NCBI GenBank assembly: GCA_002633005.1
Contig: NMRA01000707.1
Location: 22,478-86,477 of the forward strand
DNA length: 64,000 nt
Reading direction: 5' to 3'
Source of the DNA: Phoronis australis
Lineage: Eukaryota > Animalia > Phoronida
The notes under the pieces are model-generated. The model did no database searches, was not told the DNA's origin, and saw only the letters and a program-made list of their open reading frames with translations. Below are positions 54,007 through 64,000 of this stretch, one piece after another (position 1 is the first letter of the stretch; each line of letters begins with the position of its first letter). The translations under genes were made by a program, and so were the position numbers.

Positions 54007-55580
54007 TTTTTTTTTTTTTTTTTTCGTTTTTATCTTTTTTATGTATTTATTATCATTTTCAAACAATTACAACTACAAACAAACAAATAAGTACACCATT
54101 CATTCACGCATGCACACCTCAGGAAGATCATTCTCGTATCTCGTTTAAAGTAAATATCTTCTACATGTAGTTAACACGAACAATAAAGTTTTCCAATTTC
54201 GCAGAGAAGCTGTCACATAAAGTTTTTATATGCAATTAATTTTTCAGCATTATAGTACTCATAAGTTTTTGTAACGAACTTGTGAAAATTAGATATATTT
54301 TTGTGACATCTCTCCTTGTAAATGTACTGTTTAGCTAGTAGAAGCAAAGTGTTAAACAGAAAATCATGCGTCTTGTAAAGTCCTAGAAAAACACTATCGT
54401 AAGACAGACAGTTGGGAAGCTGAATGCGACACTTTTGAAGTAGCTTTCTGAATTCCTTCCAGAAATCTTGTGCAAAGCTACATTCCCAAAAAAGCTGTGA
54501 CAGCGTCTCTGGAGCTTTATTACAAAAGCAACATAAATCAGAATCCCTAACACATATTTTGACTAAAAAGGTATTTGTTGCAATAATCCTGTGTAGTATT
54601 CTAAATTGGAACCACCTAACATGGGGATCCTTTGTAATTTTGTAATGTAAAGCATATATTTTCTTCCAATCTAAACTATCTCCTAGCTCTATTTCCCATT
54701 TACGCTCTGACTTAGGTTTCTTAACGTCATTAAAGACTGAACAAATACATGTATGTCTACAACCCTTCAATTCTTTCCGTTAGTGAGTAATTGTTAAAGG
54801 CACGCAAGGAGAGTAGACAATAACACTTTTAAATTTATTTTGAAATAGACTTTTTTGAAACCTTCTTAGAACAGAAACAACACCATTATATTTTACAAAG
54901 TTGCTTTTCACATCGAACCTATTTTTCGTATTGTTTAAACTAACAAAATCACCATCAGAGGTGTACATATCTCTAATAAATCTTAAGCCTTTTACAAACC
55001 AAGGCTTATTAAAAACACCTGTGCCTCCGATCGCCAAGTTACTATTAAAACACAAACGTTGATTCAAAAAGTCCTCTTTACTCGCAACAATTATTTTCTT
55101 GTAGAAAGATAACATACTTCCAAATACGTCGCGCCAGTAGGAATTACCAAATAGAGTTAACTTCGACTGAATAAAGTAATCTCCAAATGAAGCAAAGTTC
55201 TTTGAGAACGGGTAGAGTGAGTACAGTAATTCACCACTTTTAGACGCAGGGCTTTCACGATATCTGCGGGCCATAGCGAGTATTAAAGCTTTGCTGAAAG
55301 TATGCATATTAACCATTTGAATACCTCTTTGACCAAGTCCTAAGCAGGCCGTAGTTCGTTTAATTACGGGTCTGCCATACAAATCTAAAAAATGTCGTAT
55401 TCAATTCACCCAATACTTTTACTGGTGGATTTGGTAAACTTGACAACAAAAAATTAAGTTTAGAAATAGCTAATGTTTTAATTACCGTAACTCTACGAAA
55501 CGGCGTTAAATTTCGTCGACTCCAACTTTTTAGTAAAGACTTGATCTCAGTTATTCTTTCAGTGAAGTTCTGTTTTGGAA
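54007..55580 (-). mobile_element. 5'-truncated, frameshifted L1/Tx1-clade non-LTR retrotransposon (ORF2 C-terminal part with zf-RVT-like region) in intron 3
   Basis: Three consecutive broken frames: WSRRNLTPFRRVTVIKTLAISKL (post-RT region), a middle segment, then FQFRILHRIIATN...CCFCNKAPETLSQLFWEC. Poly-A tail appears as a T-run at 54007-54024. Confidence 0.9.
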
Positions 55581-55780
55581 ATTTATTCAGTCCATCAGGA
55601 AGATGTAGAATGGGATAGAAGATGACGTAAGCAATGAAGAGACTGTCCAACTATGGCGTGTACCGTCGTCCCGCTCAAATTGTTTCAACTTTCACCGATA
55701 GGATACTCTTACGGAGCACGGAGGCAAAGAAAACGACAATCAAGAGAAAGCAAAAGACGAAAAAGACAACCATGGCTTAC

Positions 55781-55867
55781 GTGTAGAGGACTGTCGTCGT
55801 TCTCTGGCTACCTCGACTTTAACATCGTCACTGAACATGGCTTCGGTGGTATGCGTGGCCTCAATAG
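55781..55867 (-). CDS. Exon 3 of cysteine-rich precursor: acidic pro-region with furin-type site
   Basis: ttacag|CT...C|gtaagc, 87 nt, phase 1-1; encodes IEATHTTEAMFSDDVKVEVARERRQSST. Confidence 0.85.
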
Positions 55868-56530
55868 CTGTAACATCCATAACTACATGTAAGTTCAATG
55901 AATAATTTGCCTGCATGGTACAAATTATCTGTATTCTTAGTGTTTTATTCTTATTTTACTTTCATTCCTATAAAATTTTACGGTGGCAAAGCATGGGCGT
56001 AGCAGTCAGACCAACTGAAATGACTGTTTGCATCTGACAGTTGTACAAATCGACATACAGTTTGAACACTACGCCGTACTGGCTGAATAAGAGAGGTGAC
56101 TAGTTGAAACTAACCGTAGACAAAAACACATGGACCACCAAGTCGTTATATTTTTAATGCCGAAGATTTGTGATGTTTGACACTTGCTGTAATTGCACTT
56201 CTTGAACTATCACCAACAATTCTCTCGACAGTGTTTTTCATACTCGTAGGTAGTACAAAAATATCAAAATTTCCCGTTAGAATAAAAATACAATATCGGA
56301 AGCTGAGATCAGCACACGACTCAATGGTGCCTCCATTGGGAATTTCATGAGGAAAAATCATAGTTGCTAATCTATTGTTGATGACTTGTGGTCTAAGAAC
56401 TAACAAATTACATTTTGCATAAAACAAACATAAGTGTTTAGGAAAATTCCCAACTTCCTAAATTGTGTAAAGTAAACGGTGCGTACTTGGAGAAACGTAT
56501 GTTTGGCATGACCGCCACCAAATCTCATAC

Positions 56531-56555
56531 CATGCTTTAAGTAACGTGGTGAAGC
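56531..56555 (-). CDS. Exon 2 (25-nt microexon) of cysteine-rich precursor
   Basis: gtacag|GCT TCA CCA CGT TAC TTA AAG CAT G|gtatga = ASPRYLKH. Converts phase 0 to phase 1 as exons 1 and 3 require, and gives a plausible signal cleavage site GNEA-SP. Confidence 0.65.
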
Positions 56556-59500
56556 CTGTACACCAATGTCAATTACATGTATATCTCAATGGATCACGAG
56601 TATATCCTGGCATAAAAATGGAGAGGCTTATCACGTGCGCTTGATTTACGCTTTGAGGGCCCTCACCATTCCAGACTGATCTATTCATGGAAACACAAGA
56701 GGTAATCAAACTGCTTATCATCTCAGGCAGCACCACAAACCCTTTGTTTAACGTGTTGAGTCAACAGTTTGCAGTGTATAGACCATTTAAATATATCTCC
56801 AACCTTATTCACTATAAGTGGCCATTTTTACAATATTTCACTTGTGTCTAGCAAAGTACCTTATCTTCATTCTCGGGGAACTTCAAATACAAAATATATA
56901 ACGCGTAGCCAGAACAAGAAAGTAACAATGAAATATTTAGCAGAACCACCTTGGAACCGCACGAAAGCGTGGATATTTGTTTACTACCTATCCATGGTCA
57001 AAGGTGAAAGGGCTTTCAATCAAATCGAATCTCCCGCCAGGTACAGATCAGCTTCTTATACACTCAGGCCTTTCAGTCACAAAGTCGGCATAACATTGAG
57101 CCAACGAGGTGTACTTATGATAGAATGCGGCCGGGGAAAACAAAGACAAAACGTAGTTGTGATCCTAAGGGAGTTGTGCGTCTACATGTACATGCATATG
57201 ACGGGTGGCGTTGAAAACGAATGCTACGAGTCGCGCCTCACGCCATTGCATGTGTGGTCATGAACACAGAAAGTTGTGAAAAGAGATAAATCCTCACCTC
57301 AATTCCTTAATTCAATTAATAAGTTGGCATTTCGATGTTTCGATCTCATGCTAACGACATACGTTAACCACCGATTCGATTTTTGTAATCTATTTCTTAC
57401 TTGGTTTGGTATCGGTCTCCCAGCACGTGGCGTTTACAGGTTATGAACTGTGACCTACATGTACATGTACTTCGCAAGTACTAGTTGGTCGTCATACATG
57501 TAAATAACAGTAACTGAAGCTGGCTGGGAAAGGTACGACTATTTGAGGTTTTAATGACAACTAAGATAGTTACGTACTGCAAAATCAGTTGACATTGAAT
57601 GTTGAAATAGCTAACATAGTTAAGAATTGTATAGGACCGTTGTGTCTACCGAAGTTTTCATCGAATAATTAACCGAAGACTTCGAGATTTTCACTTGTCA
57701 CACTTTAGTCTGCTTTTTCTCGGTTTCGGCAAATCGACTTTATTTGAAATTAGGAACACTAGTTCTCGAAAAAGGCTCGATGGATTTCTTTGAAACTTTC
57801 CAAACTCAATATTTACTCATCAAGCTCAAAAACGGTGTTGGAATTTTTAATACAAAAGACCTATTTTTGCGTAATGCGACAAAAACGAATACGACTTCCT
57901 TTTTCACAAACTTACCTTACGTTTTGAGAGTTGATTTGTCATAGAAACCAAACGAACAGACTAATCGAAATTTTCTTAAAGCGCCTTTGAGGTAACTGGT
58001 GAAGTTTTTATTCAAAAAAGGTTTTATTAAAATCAACCGAGGGGTTATTTTGCTATGAATGTACCTTTCTTAAAAATGTAATTTTGACTTAATTTTTTTT
58101 TACGTAAAGATAATATAGGAACATAAATACAAACAGTATATTTATATTCCCTGGTCTTTGTTCTTTCAAAAAATGTATACTTTTATGAGTTGACTAAGCT
58201 TATTTTTTGATATACGAGTTAGAATGGAGGTCACTAAATAAGGTTGGAGATAACTTTAAATGAACATGGTAACGTGGTCTTCAGCATACATACATGTACA
58301 CCGTGTACTTTGAAAAAGTCCGACAACAGTTGTCATGCGCAGATCTCAAGAGCAAGTTGAGTCACATTCATAATTTTAGGAAGGCAACGCTTTTTAGTTT
58401 CCAGGTACCCCACCAACACAGACCTACAAAATCTTTTCACTAGGTCACGCGATTTGGTCAAAAGATGGCGCTGTGACGTGACAAAATGGCCGCAACAAAA
58501 TTTATCTGAAATTCCCGTGGGCTCCGTACTCACGGACTCAAGGTGATGTGAGCTCCCCACAAATCTGTACTCCGACACNAAGGCTGAAATCAGATGTCAC
58601 AGTTAATTTCCAAACGTTTGGTAGGCCTACCTTCGTCAAACTCTTCGCCAGGTTCGAATGTAATCGCCACCTATAGCAAGTGAAAATAAATACAAATGTG
58701 TTTAATGACGCACCATGCGGCTCAATACAGAGTGTAATTTTAGCTAGATGCAAAAAATGCTAGGATATTACGTAAAATCATGTTCCGACCTAGGCGATTG
58801 GTTCCCTGATATGCGCCTATACCGCATCTGTCTTTTATGGGAATCGGTCGACTTTTCAATGTTGTGAGAGAACAAAAACAACGTCTGTTGGCCCAACTTT
58901 TAATTCTGATTTAAAAAAGGGATGACTTTTACTTGATGTATTATTTTACTTAGATATGGCCGGATCATCTACATATACATGCGTATGACAGGAGTTCCTG
59001 TAAATACCTAGTAGAAAAAAATGTCTTTCTGTGAGAGGACACGATTCTGCGGTTCTGACAAAAACCGAGTCAGAAATCAAAATAACAAAGTGGTTCACTG
59101 TCTCAGAAAGATGACTTCAGTTTTGAATGGTAAAGACCCACTTCATTCCCGATTACGACCTCAAATGGGAATGACGAATGGACCTCTCATAAACTGGTCT
59201 TTCTCAACTTGTTAACAGTTGATGTCTACCATTCGGAGGACTTGAAGGATCAATTGACAGGGACTTGACTTTTGACGGGTTGTGTCATGCCCTTCATTTG
59301 AAACTTCCTGTGCTAGGTGATGGAGTACTTGCTTAAAGATGGAAATCATTGCATCGCGATGTGCATTAATTTGAATAAACATGAAACGACCCTTTCAGGG
59401 GACTGCTTACAACATTTTCAGTGCATCACACTATTAGTGATTCTTCTAAGCATTCAGTCTCGTGCTGTTCATTCAAGTGTAACCCTTTAAGTGCACCCCC

Positions 59501-59908
59501 AACAGTTCTCTTAACATTTTAGACTTTCGTGTAAGCTATGTTTTTTAAATCGGTGCCCGCACTGAGTAAATCAGTGATTTTGTGACTTTTTGTTTTCAGA
59601 ATACATGTACCGAATTTTCCTAAAACCATGTGCTCACCTTATGACATCAACGCTTTAAGCGTATTTCAAATTGGCAGAAATTTTGTACAGAACATATGTG
59701 CATGCATGCAGGAATTATGCCCATATTACGTGATGGAAATATAAAGTATTTTCAAATTGAATTTGTTTTAGCAAATTACTTGGCTTTTTGGGCTTAGTTT
59801 AAATCGTGGGGTCTGGTTTCGAATTGATCCAAGTGAAAAAACATGCCTAATCTACCTTGCTTCAAATCATGGCGACTGGCATTCAAACTCTTGTATCACG
59901 TTCCTTAC

Positions 59909-59965
59909 CTCATTTCCTGCAGTGACCCACCCCACCAGCAGGAACAAAAATGCGATTTGGAACAT
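59909..59965 (-). CDS. Exon 1 of secreted four-module cysteine-rich (PLAC/ShK-like) precursor: signal peptide
   Basis: GCC-ATG start at 59965, about 50 nt downstream of a TATA box; encodes hydrophobic MFQIAFLFLLVGWVTAGNE; donor GAG|gtaagg, phase 0. Confidence 0.85.
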
Positions 59966-59984
59966 GGCGTCAAGATGTCTTTCT

Positions 59985-60019
59985 GGATGATATCTTCTTG
60001 CGAAGCGGTGCCTTTTATA
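59985..60019 (-). promoter_or_regulatory. TATA box and initiator of the cysteine-rich precursor gene
   Basis: TATAAAA at 60019-60013; Inr-like TCA with its A at 59988, 31 nt downstream of the first T; ATG 23 nt further on. Confidence 0.7.
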
Positions 60020-63000
60020 TCTTTAATTTGCATTGACGCTCTTGACTTTGCAGCAAAAATATTTATTCGCCCTTGATGTAGATTAGCTACCTACAAGGGA
60101 ACAAGGCAATTCAACGAAATTGATAACCTGTGAAAGAACAGTTAACATGCGTCAACACCGAAGGACTGTTTTCTCAGAAACCTTAGGTAATGAAGGATTG
60201 GCTAATATTTCACCTTCAGTTAGGTAAGGAAAGTTCACGTGAAAGATTCGAGTGCATTAAAACATATCTGCAGACGGTCTGGTACACGTTGTACCAGACG
60301 TGCTCAGGCCGCGCATGTGGGCCCATTACACTGATCACCTGGAACTATTTTGGAACTTTATTAAAATACATGTGTGGTTAGGAGCTAGAAACCTGACACA
60401 AGGGTCTAACAGTGTGGTCGCCAGTGTTAGTCAAAACCATGACCTCAAGTAAAGAAGGAGGTAATCTATCACCCTAGGGCACACCGCCTCCTCGAGTGCA
60501 TTTAAGCAAAACTGTACTTTTGGTCAGAAGTGTACCACTTCTACAAAGATTCCGAATCCACTTTACGTCAACCGTTTTCCTTTGTCGGCTATCTTATGCG
60601 TCTTTACCTTTACCGCCTTACGACAGTGTCGTAAAAACCGCTCACGTGGTGTAAAGAGAAAAAAACATTCATTGCCTTTTCATAGAACATAAAGCTATTT
60701 ATTCAGTCATACTCACAAACAATATAAACAAGCAGTAAAACTGAACTGGAATGCTTACGAAATTTAAAATGGTGTCTACTTCCCTTAAGTCATCTCTGAG
60801 CCAATATTACATGTTCAGTCGTTTGCAAACAGAAGAACCATGGGGGTCCATCGACCATTGGAATTGGGAATTTTTGAACAGTAAATTTCTCAAATGATGT
60901 AATATTCAAACATTTCTTTTTGAGTAAATTGAAACATATTAAGGTTTGAAAAATCTCTGGTGGTATAATTATGCAAAATTTATGTAAAATCATTGTTAAA
61001 TTAAAAATTCTTGGTCCAGACCTGTAATTTTTTTAATGTTTTCAATACTATAAGTTAAAGACAAAGTATCGGATGGATGATTTATGGAGGAGCAAAAAAA
61101 TTGCACACATTTACGAGCCCACTTCAACATGCCAAAGATTCATATTGGATTAATAAGAAACAGTGAGTTACCAATATTTTTGCAAGTATCTCGATTAATT
61201 GTTGGGGACAACAACATTTCATTTTCCGCCTCCGTTGCTTGACGTCACTCTTTTACCAGGGCCCTTGAAATCTCAACCATTTCCCATCTTAGTATGATTT
61301 GCACTACTGTGACTAGGGGGGATAATCACTGTATCTATGTATAATATGCGACCATCAGTCAAGAATAGAATTATAAGATTTTATGAAAATAAAATGTTGA
61401 CTTCTGCACGAGCTGGGTGCAGACCTCGAGGTATTGCATTTCTTTGCTTTCGTCGCATTTCGAGAAATATAGGTCACGTAACACTCTCTAAAATAATCTC
61501 AGCCATCTTTTGTCACTGAAATTATGCATGACTCCGCAATATCTTCCTTTCGTTTAATTCCAAACTATTAAAATCCAGACTGATATGATGAAAGCCAATG
61601 GTTCACTAAATTTAAGGTGACAATACACTCCCAATCCATCGAAACACTAACCTTTTTCCTGACTAATAAGAGGGTTGATTTTTGGTCTTGCAAAGAATTG
61701 TCAATCCGTCATTCCTTGATACAGCAGTCGCCGCATAAAATGACACGTCGTGACAAGCCAGTCTGTAATGCCTGGCCATGTTCTCCATCACTAACTAAGC
61801 CCGGAGATTACAATTTCTTTGCCTTGATCTTAGTTTCATAAAGGAATGATGCGATTCCAATTTTTTGTGATGTGCCCCATAAGATACGCAGTACCAAAAA
61901 GTTGTACTGTATATATTTTCTCGNTTATATGAAATGATATGAAGCCAGTAGTACTAATAACCTTTTGCGTTTTTCTCTGCCAATAAAACAGCGCCATGTG
62001 TAACAAAACCTGTCTCAGTAGAAGACTAAGTGCAAATATTGATGCAATTAAAATAAGTTTGCTGACAGTTTGTCTGACTGTGATATTTTGTCGATTTTCT
62101 CCAGAAAAAAAAACTGGGCTCGGTTTTATAAAACTTCAAAATTATCCACTGGATAAGTTTGATTGCTGCATGACGTCAGGTGCATTGTTCAAAAATAGCA
62201 ACGTGATGCGTGGTAATGAGACGCTATTGTTGCCCAGTTGCATAAAAGTTAACAATGACGCCGCATTATCACGGGCCACGTTATTATTCTCGAACAATGC
62301 ACATAACGGCACGCAACAGTCAAACTTATACAGCATATTACTTTGAAATTTTGTGCAAGTGGGCACTGGTGGATAAAATCTCAGGTACAAAAAAAAACAA
62401 GCAAAAGCAGACTACAATCATAGTTTTTCTTCTATCAAAGTGCTTGTGAAGAGCTCCGAAACGCTATCTATATCAGTTATACATGTAAGTCTGGACTGAT
62501 GTGGCCAACAGGTGGCGAGCAGACCACACTCTGACCCTTACGACATCCTAGACCCGCCAACGCTATGCCTATGTTATAAAGAATGACTCGAAATCTTAGC
62601 CATCAATTTTGTATGAAATTTTAAAAACCTAATCATTTTTTAGACAGAAATAAAAAACTCTTTTACCAGAGATACAAAACAACAAAATCTGTTGTACTTT
62701 TGTGATTTTATTACCAATGGCGAATCCTCGCTGTTCGCTGCCCTGTATTCGCTGAAATCAAGGAAGGTGTGTTAGTTTACCACGGCTCTGAAGCGTGGAT
62801 TTAGGCTCATCTTCAGAGCTATTGTGTGTCCCATGGGTTCGATCCCTCGGTAGTCAATTTCACGCAAAGATTGTCCCCTTAGTAAAAGATATGAGAAAAT
62901 GGAGTTTGGTGATTCAGCACTAAGGAGAGAAATGCGTCTACAGCAGATTTGTTACTGTGGAACTCAGCCTTGTCGATAAGCATTGCGCGGCTTGCTTAAA

Positions 63001-63590
63001 CAGGTTTGCGTTTAACACGCCAACAAGGATAACAAATAATCGGGGGCAGCCGAAAGATGGCGGACATATGTTATTGGAAGAAAGATTGGCCCCAGTGGCC
63101 AATCTCTTTATCTCTCATCCTGGTCGTTATCTCTGGGAAAATGCAGGAAGGACTGGAAAATGTCCACACTGACAGATTTCATTACGTAATAGTTTGCCCC
63201 CGAGAGACCCACATTTTCTCAATCCCCCGCTTCGTGGTTACCACCGGTGGCTACTAATTTCTAACGGCCAATGTGTGCTGAAATCTGAACGTTTTACTCT
63301 CTTGGGCCACCTTATTCTCCTAGTCTCTTGAAACATGTTGGTAGCTTTTAAAACACGCTAAATTACGTTTGTATGATTGTAGGCTTACCTACATGTATGC
63401 GTGAGTGCGTCTGACCGTGTCACAATGATGTGGTTCAACTCAATTCGAAATGAATAGCGTTTATTATTCTCCAATCAACGAAGTACATAACATAAAACAC
63501 GACAACTTCCTCTCAAATAAAGGTCTTCTCAGAATGAAATGACCTCAAATTCCCCCAAAAAATATTACGAACGTCCTCTCATAAGGCCAC

Positions 63591-63784
63591 CTATCGGCCG
63601 ATCAATGTGGTTTCCGGTGGAAGGGAGCAGAAGTTTTGTCGTGTTTTGCAACACTTCTCCCAAAGATTTGGATGTTTGCACTGATCTGCTAATTTCCCGA
63701 CCTTGAAAATGTTGGCACAGTCTGCCACGTTGCCTTTTGCTTCATTGTGGGTGAAAAGAGCAGCCGGAACATCGGCTTTACAGG
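63591..63784 (-). CDS. Terminal exon of a tandem paralogue of the cysteine-rich precursor (rest of gene lies beyond the window)
   Basis: 194 nt with 6 substitutions relative to 51465-51658; intact ccttttcag acceptor and stop; CKADVP...GKLADQCKHPNLWEKCCKTRQNFCSLPPETTLIGR. Confidence 0.88.
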
Positions 63785-64000
63785 CTGAAAAGGACGAGAG
63801 GACGTTGTATGCAAGGTAAATCCAAGTGTCTACTCTAATAACCACCCAATGTTTGGAAATCAAAACTTTCAATACAATGTACTTTAGGGCATAAGGTGAC
63901 ACACAACATGTATAGAACACAACTTTTGTATATTTACATCAACCAACTCAATCACCAGTATAAACATCTGAAGTGAGGAAGATTGTGAGATTGACGGAAA

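Noticed and set aside
56769-57263. 164-aa + strand ORF
   Set aside because: Non-ATG start, intronic and antisense to the gene, with no recognisable motif.
58937-58970. Alternative 19-nt phase 0-to-1 microexon (MIRPYL) for the cysteine-rich gene
   Set aside because: Weaker donor (gtaaaa) and no good signal cleavage site compared with 56531-56555; not formally excluded.

Overview
AT-rich eukaryotic (metazoan) genomic DNA with GT-AG introns and many decayed repeats. Frequent TACATGTA words suggest a marine invertebrate, possibly a mollusc or other lophotrochozoan (inference). Most ORF-track entries are spurious. Reading splice sites by hand gives two convergent multi-exon genes. (1) A + strand gene of about 36 kb (12949/17504-48705) encodes a roughly 250-260 aa acidic, probably disordered protein with RVxF PP1-docking motifs, an NPF motif and a C-terminal KKKECCTIL CaaX box; it has several phase-compatible alternative 5' exons. 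(2) A - strand 7-exon gene (59965-51465, 267 aa, TATA box plus Inr) encodes a secreted prepro-protein: signal peptide, acidic pro-region ending in RERR, four exon-encoded six-cysteine PLAC/ShK-like modules (C-x12-23-C-x11-12-C-x8-CC-x-[ST]-x4-C) and a C-terminal Gly-Arg. The last exon of a tandem paralogue lies at 63591-63784. Also present are an intronic L1/Tx1-type LINE fragment, a CR1/L2-type LINE 3' end, nested MITEs, tRNA-derived SINE heads, minisatellites and an assembly gap. All gene models are manual predictions without transcript evidence.
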